64,000 bases of DNA, from positions 32,001 through 96,000 of the IMG/VR virus record IMGVR_UViG_646311924_000007; one strand, written 5' to 3'. Positions within the stretch are counted from its first letter, which is position 1. Every line of letters begins with the position of its first letter. This stretch comes from a virus (lineage: Duplodnaviria; Heunggongvirae; Uroviricota; Caudoviricetes). The position numbers and the translations under genes were made by a program. Of the stretch, positions 1 to 10,143 are shown piece after piece. The notes beneath the pieces were generated by a model that saw only the letters and a program-made list of their open reading frames with translations, searched no databases and was not told the DNA's origin.

Positions 1-1138
1 TAAATGGTAGTTTTCTGACCTCTTTATACGAGAATTTCTTGTTCAACTCATTCGGCACCTTCTTAAAGGCAGCCAGGATCATTTCTTCAAGCTCTGACTG
101 GCTTTTATTTGGATGCCACCCTGAAATAAATATCTTATTGATATTCCGAACATTATAAGCACCATCTAATTTCTCTTGCTGGCCTTCGCCCCATGCCTTT
201 ACCCATGACAGTCCCGGGATGTTACGCACCAGAAAATACGTATAGTCCCCGCCCCATACGACCTGATCATCATAGGCAAGGTAATATTGTGCACGATTAC
301 GTGTGATCTCCGTTGTTTCGGCATCGGTACCTGCGGTTATGGGTGTCGTTGTCTTAACTGAAATCAAATTAGCTAAATTAGCCGCAGAATCGACAGGCGT
401 CAGATTTTGGCCAGCAACCAAGGTTATATCTCCGTTGGTGCACCATACCTTAAGTGTAATGGTCGAGCCTTCTGGCGGTATTTGCCCAATTAGCCCATCA
501 CCGAATCGAACCCCCAACTGCTCGGATGGTTTATAAAACTCAACGTAGACCTGGCTTTTACTTCCGGCTAACCGGAACATAGTGCTGGAAGACCACTGCG
601 TGGTCTTACCATCGGTCGTCACGAATACTTCCAGCTTATAGCAAACAGCAGTGAGAGCCTTTGATAACACGACTTCCAGAAATTCTTTAGCTGCCGTAAC
701 GGTATATGTCACCTCCTGGATTTCCAACTGTGCCACTTCTACCGTACCGGTGCCGTCAACCAACCTGCATACATCCATAGTCATGTAAGGATACTGGTCG
801 TCAGATATTAAAGGCATGTTTTTGGGGATTACCGCTGGGGCATCTTCACTTGTGGCGGTGATCTCAATCATCCCCGATGACGGTGTTGGCTTGGTACCAA
901 CGTAACTATTCGTTTCTGCCGCTGCCAGGATAGAAGAACGCCGCGTCGCGGTCGATATAAAGCCTTCAGCCAGCGCCGCATCGGCATACTGAAAGCACCT
1001 GTAGACAATCTGGGTAATAAACAATGTCAGCATCGAGACAAATTGAGAGCCGACAAACTTCGACCAGAATGAATCTTTCTCGACAAGCTCTTCAAACTCT
1101 GCACGAATACTGTCTTTAGTAGGTGTTGTTTTACTCAT
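1..1138 (-). CDS. phage baseplate/tail structural protein (J/gp6-like?), N-terminal part; gene runs off window start
   Basis: ATG at 1138-1136 overlaps the TGA of the upstream gene (ATGA); frame stays open to position 1. Family assigned from position in tail module only. Confidence 0.4.
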   Translation of the reverse strand, partial: MSKTTPTKDSIRAEFEELVEKDSFWSKFVGSQFVSMLTLFITQIVYRCFQYADAALAEGFISTATRRSSILAAAETNSYVGTKPTPSSGMIEITATSEDAPAVIPKNMPLISDDQYPYMTMDVCRLVDGTGTVEVAQLEIQEVTYTVTAAKEFLEVVLSKALTAVCYKLEVFVTTDGKTTQWSSSTMFRLAGSKSQVYVEFYKPSEQLGVRFGDGLIGQIPPEGSTITLKVWCTNGDITLVAGQNLTPVDSAANLANLISVKTTTPITAGTDAETTEITRNRAQYYLAYDDQVVWGGDYTYFLVRNIPGLSWVKAWGEGQQEKLDGAYNVRNINKIFISGWHPNKSQSELEEMILAAFKKVPNELNKKFSYKEVRKLPF

Positions 1139-1494
1139 AGCACCACGTCCTGTGTGATAGTTATATCCCTGATACGAATGGATATTTTCAACTTATCAAA
1201 AGCATCTCCCTCGGCTACTGACAAGCCAGAAATCGGTATGTCGGGTAAATCTACCGTCAGTTTTTGCAAAAGCATTGCCTCAACCGCAATTTGAACATGC
1301 GACAAGTTGGTCGGTTCGTGTTTAAACTGCGGTAAAACATTGCCCCATGACGGATCTCCGTATACCTCACCCTGATAAGTGTTTAGCCACTCATATAAAC
1401 GAGCGCCCCAGGCCTCCTCCTGGGACTCATACGTTTTTACGCCGGATAACTCCAGCGTCAGCAAAGGATCAATTTCGTTATTGTTGGCCATCAA
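1135..1494 (-). CDS. baseplate wedge protein (GpW/gp25-like)
   Basis: 119-aa ORF translationally coupled to both neighbours; size and the L.TY.GE..GDP.WG..LP motif resemble gp25/GpW-type proteins. Confidence 0.45.
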   Translation of the reverse strand: MMANNNEIDPLLTLELSGVKTYESQEEAWGARLYEWLNTYQGEVYGDPSWGNVLPQFKHEPTNLSHVQIAVEAMLLQKLTVDLPDIPISGLSVAEGDAFDKLKISIRIRDITITQDVVL

Positions 1495-4400
1495 TCAACT
1501 CTCGCGTAGTCATTCATCAACGGATCATCAATTGACAGTGGTACCGTGCGCATAACGCCCGGCTGAGGCGTGCTGACCTTTACGACAGTTCCCTGGCCTT
1601 TCGCCGAGTCTTTGGTGTGCTCTTCAATCCTGGCAAGCAATGAGGTCATCTGCGCAAACAGCCGCTTCGTTTCACCATCAAGTGAAACGGTATTATCAGC
1701 CAACTGCATTGTCGGCTTGGCACCGGAACCGCCAAGGTCACTAATAACCTGCCCGTCTATCTGCATACGACCGGTTGGTTGCTGCAAATCGTTGGCGGCA
1801 GTCGTCACCTGGGACGTGGAGGCTGGTTCAGGCGCATTATTTTTCCGCATCCCCGGCGAGTTGCGGAGTTTATCGAATAGTCCATCAATCCCCATTTGTG
1901 CGCCGAGCTGGTCAAAGTAACTTGAGTTGTTGGCCACCGGACGCGCCTCTTCAACTGGCATCGGGGTATCAACATACACATTGCCAGCTGCTGTTGCGGT
2001 CCCCTTCCCTCGTGCACGTTCTTCTAGCGTTCCCTGAACGACTTCCCGACGCATCCCCCGGCCATTCATGAATTTGTTGACCAGATCGTTAACGCCAACA
2101 GCATTGCCGATTTTGTCTACCAAACCGCCTTTCTCAAACGGGCTATCACCAGGGGTAAACGCCAGACCAGTAGACTGATCGATAACGGCGTTATCAGGTA
2201 GTGGTTCCCTCACTCCATATTGCGCCCCACCCTGTGCTCCTGCCCCAGGTGTATAGATTTCACCACCTAAATAGCGAGCACGATGAGTATTGACCTTGAT
2301 CGCGTACTCACGGTTTTCCTTCGATAAGTCACCGGTGCCTTTTTTCCACTTATTAATAGTGCCAAACCCAGCGTTATATGCAGTGATGGCCTCGTTTAAG
2401 TCTCCATTGGCTTGCTTCAGATACTTGCTCATGAGAAGAGCCGCAGCTTCTGCCGATTTCACAGGATCAAACGATTCACCTTCAGCTAAGCCAGTCTCTT
2501 CACGAGCAATGCCCGTGAACTGAAACATTCCTAGAGCACCAGTTTGTGATTTTGCGTACGGATTACCACCAGATTCAGTTGCAGCAATCGCGTAAAGAGT
2601 GCCTTCAGGAAGACCATATTTATTCTCCAGTTCAGCAAAATACGGAGCTAACTTATCGAGATTTGCCTTACCTTCAGCGCCAAGGCTTCCGACTTTTACA
2701 TCTAAGTTGCCATTATTGTAGGTATCAGCAGCTTTCTGAATGTCATTCCTGGTGCCGGTGGTATTACGCGACGATGATGACGAGCTATTTTGTCCAATAG
2801 CTGAATCAATTTTCCGCACCGCGCTATTGCCCGTTTCTACGGCATTTGCATTGATAATCTGATTGGCAGTTTCTTTAACTGTTTTATTGCTATCTTTCGC
2901 CGTGTCCAGTGCCGCATTTATCACGCGGGTAGCAATATTAGTCTGTTTAGCATCGGATTCAGTTTTAGAATCAGATGTCTCCTGGTGGCTATTAACCGGA
3001 GCTTTTAACTCTGGAGTGATTTCTTTTGCATTAGCCTCGCCGATCGGATTGGGTATTTTTGATACAATCATTGCCGCAGGGGTATTTTTAACGGCATCAA
3101 CCGCTGCATCTAATGCTTTACCGGGTAAATTTTTAACCCCATCCCAAATATTACCAGCCGCCTCTTTAATGTGTTTTCCTGGGTTCTTAATGAAGTCAAT
3201 TGCACTATCAATTGCATCACTGAAAACCTGTTTCAGGTTATCGACAGTAAAGAAGTCTTTTATGGCATCCAGCTTTTCAAGCAACTTATTAGATGTATCG
3301 CTAAACCATGCTGAAACAGCATCACCAATCTTTGCTGTGTAATCATCGAACTTGGTAGAAATGGTGTCGCCAAGGTTAGAAATATATGTTTCTAAGTTGG
3401 TAACCCCACTATCAATGGCCTGGGCAATACTTTCCGTCGAAAATGATTGCAACATATTGCCGATATCCTCAAATCCAAGTGATTTGAGAACATCACCAAT
3501 AGCACTGCTAATACCAGATACCAGTCCCCCCATATCGAGAACATTGGCTAACGTATAAGCGGCTTTTTGCTGGAATGATGGATCTTGTCCTGATTTAAGC
3601 CCAAACGCTCGACGTTGCGCTTCTGTATCATTCCAACCGGTTACCGCATCATAAATACCTCCAGCCACTGTGCCGACTAGGGGAATTGCGCGTAACGCCC
3701 CTTTACCAACTGCCTTTAATCCAAGTTTACCTGCTGCCCGGGCAGCCAAATCTCCGCCTTCATGGGCGAGAGTCTTCTTGCCACCACCGCGTAGCATTCC
3801 TACAAGTTTCTTTGCCCCCAGAGCGCCAAAAGCGAGTGCTCCAGCTTTTTTCAGCATGCCACGCCCCATTAACAACGACGCGACGCCACCGGCCCCCTTC
3901 CCTAACAGGCTAAATAGTTTGGACAGCAAGCCGCCCTTCTTTTTACCGGTGTTTTTGGCTATCTGATCAAGGGCGCGGAGAATCTTGTCATTGCCCTCTT
4001 TAATTTCGCTGGTCTGCTCCTGAAGTTCCTGAACCGTCCGTTTTTGGGTGTTAACCTGAACGACATCGGCACTATTTTGCGATTTACGCCTAAAAAAACC
4101 TTTTCTACGGCTGTTATCGTCATTGCCACGAATCACATCGGCAATAGACTTTCTGGCACCATTAAGCGATCCACCAACTTCTTTTGATATCCCGCCAAGC
4201 TCCTTCCCTGCTGCCCACAATGGACCAGCAACGGCATAACCTAACGCATCGACAGCACGAGTCTCTGAAGGGTTGCCTATGCCTTCAGCTACTTTTGACA
4301 GTTTTTTTAATAAACCTGATTCAGCATTTAGACGCTCATCATCCTCTTTGCGCCTGGCCTTTTCAGCACGTTCAGCACGGGCATCTTCCGCTGCGGCCTT

Positions 4401-4883
4401 ACTCCCTGACTTTCCAATAAAACGACCACGCGCATCGCGTTGGTTTTGGCTTTTTTGCGCACCGCCTTTTTGACCGAACATTTCGCGAGCGTGTTCGGCT
4501 GCTTCGGTCCGTTGCGCCTTTACATCTTCTGTTATAGCCTTCTTGCGTCGTTTTTTACCCTTTCGCGTAGTTGATTTGGCCTGCGGTTCCTGTAGAGCAA
4601 CATCCTCCTGAACTACACGAGAAACGTCCCCTAAATTAAGCCGTTTCATTGCCTCAACAATAGGGTCCACTGATGGCGCATTGGCCACAAAGTCTGGCCG
4701 GGAATTTTCGATTGTGCGATTTAATGCCGACACACTACGAGAGACAGGATCAACTGTAGCAACTCGCCCCCCTTTCAAATCTTCAACGGCTTCCCGAATA
4801 CCTGCAAGCTCTTCCAGCTCTTTTGCGCTGGCGGTTTCAACCGTCCTTATCACATCGTCAATGTTGGCGTTTTTTCTTTCCAT
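1491..4883 (-). CDS. sit: Sit-like tape-measure/internal virion protein with lytic transglycosylase domain
   Basis: 1130-aa ORF; SLT motif EGTLYAIAATESGGNPYAKSQTGALGMFQF; long Ala/Gly/Lys-rich central region; size close to P1 Sit. Confidence 0.85.
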   Translation of the reverse strand: MERKNANIDDVIRTVETASAKELEELAGIREAVEDLKGGRVATVDPVSRSVSALNRTIENSRPDFVANAPSVDPIVEAMKRLNLGDVSRVVQEDVALQEPQAKSTTRKGKKRRKKAITEDVKAQRTEAAEHAREMFGQKGGAQKSQNQRDARGRFIGKSGSKAAAEDARAERAEKARRKEDDERLNAESGLLKKLSKVAEGIGNPSETRAVDALGYAVAGPLWAAGKELGGISKEVGGSLNGARKSIADVIRGNDDNSRRKGFFRRKSQNSADVVQVNTQKRTVQELQEQTSEIKEGNDKILRALDQIAKNTGKKKGGLLSKLFSLLGKGAGGVASLLMGRGMLKKAGALAFGALGAKKLVGMLRGGGKKTLAHEGGDLAARAAGKLGLKAVGKGALRAIPLVGTVAGGIYDAVTGWNDTEAQRRAFGLKSGQDPSFQQKAAYTLANVLDMGGLVSGISSAIGDVLKSLGFEDIGNMLQSFSTESIAQAIDSGVTNLETYISNLGDTISTKFDDYTAKIGDAVSAWFSDTSNKLLEKLDAIKDFFTVDNLKQVFSDAIDSAIDFIKNPGKHIKEAAGNIWDGVKNLPGKALDAAVDAVKNTPAAMIVSKIPNPIGEANAKEITPELKAPVNSHQETSDSKTESDAKQTNIATRVINAALDTAKDSNKTVKETANQIINANAVETGNSAVRKIDSAIGQNSSSSSSRNTTGTRNDIQKAADTYNNGNLDVKVGSLGAEGKANLDKLAPYFAELENKYGLPEGTLYAIAATESGGNPYAKSQTGALGMFQFTGIAREETGLAEGESFDPVKSAEAAALLMSKYLKQANGDLNEAITAYNAGFGTINKWKKGTGDLSKENREYAIKVNTHRARYLGGEIYTPGAGAQGGAQYGVREPLPDNAVIDQSTGLAFTPGDSPFEKGGLVDKIGNAVGVNDLVNKFMNGRGMRREVVQGTLEERARGKGTATAAGNVYVDTPMPVEEARPVANNSSYFDQLGAQMGIDGLFDKLRNSPGMRKNNAPEPASTSQVTTAANDLQQPTGRMQIDGQVISDLGGSGAKPTMQLADNTVSLDGETKRLFAQMTSLLARIEEHTKDSAKGQGTVVKVSTPQPGVMRTVPLSIDDPLMNDYARVD

Positions 4884-4964
4884 GATCTTATCGCCTACCG
4901 CTTCGGTTTAAGTTTTTCTTCCAGTTTCTCCAACAGGAAAAACGCATAGGATTCAGTGAGACTT

Positions 4965-5846
4965 TCAGCGTCCTGAATCGGTATACCCCCATACAAAACC
5001 AGGTTGGACACTAAGGTCTGATAGCTTTTCAATCCCCACCTGTGGAATGAAGTCGGTAGCCCGAAAGGGCACCCACAGACGGGTATACGCACCCTCTGTG
5101 GACTCCTTTGTATCCTGGTTTGGGCATTTGTGCGGCGGGAGACGAAGACGCATTTCGCCTTTATCGATGTAGCACGGTAAACCATGTTCGAGCTTTTCAT
5201 GAGCCAGCCGGATGTGTGCCGCCAGCTTCATAAATTCAGTATCAATGGCCATCCGTTTGATCGTTTCATAACGACGCTCAGCCTGCTCTTCACGAGTACC
5301 GCTAACATCGTTATAAAGTTCACACTGATAAGCGAATTCCCAAAAACGCAAATCAACGATCGCTTCTTTGAATTCCGCGTCGTCTTCAGGTGGCAATGCT
5401 GCACGGCGCATCTCCAGCATTTCCATTGCCCAACCATCAAGCGGCACGATACGCCATTGATAAGGCACGCCCTCTACAGACACCTCAATATCGTCAATGA
5501 ACGGTTCCACTTCCAGGACCTGGATATCTTCAGCCAGAGCATTCATATCGCAATCGTAATAATGCTCTTTACCGCAATGTTTACAGGTGTAGGTGAATGT
5601 CTCGACCGGTGTTTCACGGGAGCCAGTAAATATCCACCATAACGCGGTAATCCGGTCCTGCGCCGTCCATGTCAGGGGATCATATTTCGCGGGTTCAGCC
5701 AGCAAGGCTTTTAAATACGCCGTTGTCTGTTGTTCTTGTTCCTCCGGTGTTATCGAGTTGAAACGCATCGCATCAGCAATATTTGGCTGACGGAACTGGA
5801 TCAATTCAGTTGGCCGCGATGGTAGCGGGAAAAGAGGTAAAAGCAT
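4965..5846 (-). CDS. hypothetical phage protein (Cys cluster CKHCGKEHYYDCD)
   Basis: 293-aa ORF in same orientation as sit operon; no family recognised. Confidence 0.45.
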   Translation of the reverse strand: MLLPLFPLPSRPTELIQFRQPNIADAMRFNSITPEEQEQQTTAYLKALLAEPAKYDPLTWTAQDRITALWWIFTGSRETPVETFTYTCKHCGKEHYYDCDMNALAEDIQVLEVEPFIDDIEVSVEGVPYQWRIVPLDGWAMEMLEMRRAALPPEDDAEFKEAIVDLRFWEFAYQCELYNDVSGTREEQAERRYETIKRMAIDTEFMKLAAHIRLAHEKLEHGLPCYIDKGEMRLRLPPHKCPNQDTKESTEGAYTRLWVPFRATDFIPQVGIEKLSDLSVQPGFVWGYTDSGR

Positions 5847-5860
5847 CCTTGCTCCTTAAT

Positions 5861-6472
5861 TCAAAGAGAAAAACTAAAGCCCAGAAGGGAAGCTAAAGAA
5901 CTTGAGGATTGGTTAAACGTGCTGTGCAATGCGAAGGTCATTGGGAATGACTTAAATTCCGTAACCTGATCCCGCGCATAGGTGACATCGCCGGTAGTGA
6001 CTGGGAATACCGTCATCTCATTTTCCAGTTTGGTTAAACCGGAGGACAGCAACCGATAAATACGCACATTGAGCAAATATTTAGACGGTATATTCCCGGT
6101 ACCGTCCGGATTGATCACCCGACCTTTTGCCGTCTTAAACCAGTCCAAAACGAGGCCATCAACGGTATCCCTGACCATCATTGTTATCTGCCCAGGCGAA
6201 CGCTCCGTTGGCTGAAGGATATTCCCTCCGCCGATTTTAATCGTTTCATATTCGATGCTGTAATCGTGGTAGGTAATGTCTTTAGCAAAGAAGTCTGCCC
6301 CCTCCAGACCATCAACTTCGACAGAGAACTGCCATCCTTGCGCGAACAGCATTTTGTTCATGATGATTGACGTCAGCTTACCAACTTCCCGCTCACCAAC
6401 GCCGGAGCCAAATAATGTCGTCGTTAATGCCGAAGATACATAAGACTTTACTGAAGCAACATTAAGCCCCAT
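5861..6472 (-). CDS. hypothetical phage protein
   Basis: 203-aa ORF, tightly spaced in minus-strand operon. Confidence 0.5.
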   Translation of the reverse strand: MGLNVASVKSYVSSALTTTLFGSGVGEREVGKLTSIIMNKMLFAQGWQFSVEVDGLEGADFFAKDITYHDYSIEYETIKIGGGNILQPTERSPGQITMMVRDTVDGLVLDWFKTAKGRVINPDGTGNIPSKYLLNVRIYRLLSSGLTKLENEMTVFPVTTGDVTYARDQVTEFKSFPMTFALHSTFNQSSSSLASLLGFSFSL

Positions 6473-6482
6473 ATCAGCCCCC

Positions 6483-7073
<591 letters not shown>

Positions 7074-7107
7074 TTAACCGATTCTACGAGTAGTCATTTG
7101 TGACAGG

Positions 7108-7584
7108 TCATTTTGCGCGCTTCAGGCAGCCATCTTCAGGTGCCGCGTTGAAAAGCTCTGCGGCCTTACGTAGCGTAAATGTTGCGATTTTTTTTCCGTC
7201 TACGTATGCATCGAATGTTTTAACTTCCATATCAGGGGTATCTGACCAAAAACCATACCAGTAACTATCACCCACAGAGGAACCGATAGAACTGATAGGA
7301 TATTCATCATCACCAACTTTCAGCGTTATTTGTTCTTTTTTAGCATCAAATGACTCACCACCTGGTTCTGTTTTCATGAGTGTGAGTAGTCGTGTTCCTA
7401 CTTGATTGGGATCCGTATTATTAAATCCAACATCGCACTCAAATGTAAGCGTATAATTATCTTTGCTGGAAACAGCATAAGAGCGAACACCATGAGTCTC
7501 GCTGGTGGACCATTTGCTTACATTTGCCATTGACGAAAAAGGAGTAAGCAAAGCAAGAATTAGAAAAAATCGTTTGATGCGCAT
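7108..7584 (-). CDS. secreted protein with N-terminal signal peptide
   Basis: Start chosen at ATG 7584 (MRIKRFFLILALLTPFSSMA) preceded by AGGAG; ORF track gives a longer frame to 7611. Confidence 0.55.
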   Translation of the reverse strand: MRIKRFFLILALLTPFSSMANVSKWSTSETHGVRSYAVSSKDNYTLTFECDVGFNNTDPNQVGTRLLTLMKTEPGGESFDAKKEQITLKVGDDEYPISSIGSSVGDSYWYGFWSDTPDMEVKTFDAYVDGKKIATFTLRKAAELFNAAPEDGCLKRAK

Positions 7585-7648
7585 TAATTTATCTCCTTTG
7601 TATATTAACAATTATTATCAATATTTTAATTAATTACCCATCATATAT

Positions 7649-8296
7649 TTACCATTCATAGGGTAAATTAAGCGCTTTTAAACCTTGCTGGAAGGTATTA
7701 AGTGAGCCGTTCTTTTGTTGTTCCATTTTTTCGCGTGCCGCTTTCTCATACTGCTCCATCCGTTGGTTATACTCTTGCAATTCTTCTGGAGAGAGGTTTC
7801 CCATTGGGGAGTTTGTACCCGGCCCCCTGGCCCGCTCTTCAAGCGTACCCTGAACGTTTTGATAGCGCATTCCTGGGGCATTTCTGATTGAGTCAATGCC
7901 ATTTCTTCCAACATCTTCTTTATTAACGGCATTGCTCGCCACCAGCACCCCCCAGCTAGGGATAGCAAAATCAGGAGCGGTTTCGCATGCCTTTACCATA
8001 TAATCGAAAGAGCTTCGATTGATCTCGTTTGCGTCGGGATTTAATAGGCGAGAATATTGATATTTAGCATTTTCGTTGGTTGCGACTTTATACAGTTCTT
8101 GCTGCACCATCGCTTCAGAAAGTTTAAGGCGTTTCATATCTGACAGTAACTTCTTGCGCATGGATTCGTCTTGACTGACAGCAAAGCCGTAAACGTGCCC
8201 AAGGTATTTCGTATAATCGGTACAAATCTCCTTTACGCTTGATGCTGCATTAACAGTCCCAGCCATAAATAATAACGGTAGTAATAGTTTTCTCAT
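7649..8296 (-). CDS. secreted protein sharing a GMR..VQGTLEERARG.GT motif with Sit
   Basis: Start chosen at ATG 8296 (MRKLLLPLLFMAGTVNAASS signal peptide); first gene of minus-strand operon diverging from operator at 8403. Confidence 0.55.
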   Translation of the reverse strand: MRKLLLPLLFMAGTVNAASSVKEICTDYTKYLGHVYGFAVSQDESMRKKLLSDMKRLKLSEAMVQQELYKVATNENAKYQYSRLLNPDANEINRSSFDYMVKACETAPDFAIPSWGVLVASNAVNKEDVGRNGIDSIRNAPGMRYQNVQGTLEERARGPGTNSPMGNLSPEELQEYNQRMEQYEKAAREKMEQQKNGSLNTFQQGLKALNLPYEW

Positions 8297-8402
8297 TATA
8301 ACCTCACCTGCCTTATAACCCATTTAGGGTACATATTTTCGCCTTTAAAAAAAAGAGGTTATTAGATCCAATTGTGTATTTATTAAGCATATAATGCTCT
8401 AA

Positions 8403-8419
8403 TAAATTTGTATTTTTAA
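8403..8419 (+). promoter_or_regulatory. C1 repressor operator-like site (AATGCTCTAATAAATTT)
   Basis: 16/17 match to recalled P1 C1 operator consensus ATTGCTCTAATAAATTT; in divergent intergenic region. Confidence 0.6.
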
Positions 8420-8723
8420 GTCGCGAATGCTATCTTTTCGCATCATATTGACCTTTTAATCGTTCAGGCTTATAGTTCCGCCGTCGTAGCAAATTCTGCG
8501 ACCGGGTTTAGCAGCCTGAATGATTGTGCGGACAGCCGCAGATATCCGATATTGCGGTATTTTTGTGTCCGTAAAACCGCGTTACGCCCAAATTATGGTG
8601 GGGCGTGATGGGGAGGCTTCGGCCTGCTGGTTTCACAATCGCCAGTCTGCTAACCCCGTCACGTCCTGCCACCTGTTTAGCAGCGGGTAGCAGGTTGTTA
8701 AACCTGATTGTGAGGCCGTAACT

Positions 8724-8945
8724 ATGGTTAATGCCAATCCTTGCGCACGCCAAGAATTCATCTGGCGTTTCTATTCCTGTAAAAAACACCACTATCACTT
8801 CGTTATCGCAGCAACAGAAGACGAAGCACGCTCTCAATTGCCTGATGGCCCCTGCATTTTTACTGCCCGTTTTTCAACTAACTCGCGCAATTCACTTAGT
8901 TACTGGAACCTCCCCTTCTCTGCCGACGTTCAGGGGGGTTTATGA
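8724..8945 (+). CDS. Icd-like small protein (host cell division inhibitor family)
   Basis: 73-aa ORF with EFIWRFYSC..HYHFVIAATEDEARSQLPDGPCIF; stop overlaps ATG of next gene (ATGA); paralog at 61646. Confidence 0.65.
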   Translation: MVNANPCARQEFIWRFYSCKKHHYHFVIAATEDEARSQLPDGPCIFTARFSTNSRNSLSYWNLPFSADVQGGL

Positions 8946-9979
8946 AAAAACCTCTCGTCACCCGTAATGACATAGCCGAAGCTATCGCCCTGCATACTGC
9001 CTGTATGCCGACACGGGAGATCCCCGGCGCAATTGCCAACTATTTCATGATAACCAGACGTTTTTATACCCGAACAGATAAGGCTGTGATCAACAAGCTA
9101 CTGATAGCCGAGATCAGGGATTATTTGATTGAACAAGGACGTCTACGTTACGCAACAGTGGCAGCAGAAATGAGAAAGGAGGCACATAGAATGACCGGTA
9201 ATAATTTGAATGTTGAAAAAACAGCACCTGTTACGTCAGCTACGCCAGCACCAGCCGTGAATATCATCCCCAACACCGGAGACACAATCGACAGCCTGAC
9301 ACTGTTAAAGATGGTCAATGAAGCGCGTAAGTTATGTGGGGAACCAGAGGTTCGGAACAACAAATTCATAGAAAAAATACTCGATGAGCTTGATGGTGAG
9401 CACTACACAAAAAGTGTAGTGGAAAAAATGAACAAAACATCAATGCTTGTCATAACCATGACCTACAAACAAGCCCTGCGAGTCGCCGCACGCGAATCAA
9501 AAGCCGTCCGCCGTTCGCTGATCGACAAACTGGAAGAATTGCAGCAGGCAAACTCCCCTACCCCATCGATCCCCCAAACATTACCAGAAGCTCTACGCCT
9601 GGCTGCCGAGTTGGCAGAACAGAAAATGCAGTTGGAACAACAGCTGGTGGCCGCAGCCCCTAAAGTCGATTTTGCCGACCGGGTATCAGCGGCTAATGGA
9701 ATCCTGATCGGGAACTTTGCAAAGGTCGTTGGACTTAAGCAAAACGCCCTTTTCTCATGGTTGCGCCAGAACGGCATTCTCATGGCTTTTGGTGCGCGCA
9801 AAAACGTACCGCGCCAACAGTACATCAACGCCGGATATTTCACGGTGAAAGAAGTGGTGCTGGATGATGAAGATGGCTACCAGATACGGCTGACGCCCCA
9901 ATTAACGGGTAAAGGCCAGCAGTGGTTAACTCGCAAGCTACTTGATGCTGGTTTGTTAAAACCAGTAGCAATAGGTTAA
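8942..9979 (+). CDS. antirepressor-like protein with KilA C-terminal (KilAC/ANT) domain
   Basis: C-terminus LPEALRLAAELAEQK..APKVDFADRV..GKGQQWL is near-identical in motif to the KilA C-terminus at 10144; translationally coupled to icd-like gene. Confidence 0.65.
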   Translation: MKKPLVTRNDIAEAIALHTACMPTREIPGAIANYFMITRRFYTRTDKAVINKLLIAEIRDYLIEQGRLRYATVAAEMRKEAHRMTGNNLNVEKTAPVTSATPAPAVNIIPNTGDTIDSLTLLKMVNEARKLCGEPEVRNNKFIEKILDELDGEHYTKSVVEKMNKTSMLVITMTYKQALRVAARESKAVRRSLIDKLEELQQANSPTPSIPQTLPEALRLAAELAEQKMQLEQQLVAAAPKVDFADRVSAANGILIGNFAKVVGLKQNALFSWLRQNGILMAFGARKNVPRQQYINAGYFTVKEVVLDDEDGYQIRLTPQLTGKGQQWLTRKLLDAGLLKPVAIG

Positions 9980-10057
9980 CAAAAGAAAAAAACCTGCCAG
10001 CAAACTGGCAGGTTTCTGAGCAGATCGACCAACCCGATCTGGATCGAGTCAGAAAAA

Positions 10058-10074
10058 TTTGCTCTAATAAATTT
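10058..10074 (+). promoter_or_regulatory. C1 operator-like site upstream of kilA-repL (Op53 position)
   Basis: TTTGCTCTAATAAATTT, 16/17 to consensus, ~70 bp upstream of kilA start. Confidence 0.65.
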
Positions 10075-10143
10075 CGTTTTCTAAGTGCAAAGAATCACCA
10101 TTTCGAGCTGGTGATTGAAGGTTGATGCAAATTTGGAGAAAAA

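Noticed and set aside
1570-4911. Numerous plus-strand ORFs of 60-160 aa inside the sit gene (for example 2863..3342, 3670..3966)
   Set aside because: They are antisense to a long, well-supported minus-strand gene and have no RBS or coupling; treated as chance frames in GC-balanced sequence.
5184-5642. 152-aa plus-strand ORF overlapping the 4965..5846 minus-strand gene
   Set aside because: Only one of the two can be real; the minus-strand frame is longer and fits operon orientation. Confidence in either is modest.
8508-8837. 109-aa minus-strand ORF in the leader upstream of the icd-like gene
   Set aside because: It overlaps the icd-like gene start and the putative regulatory leader; more likely non-coding.
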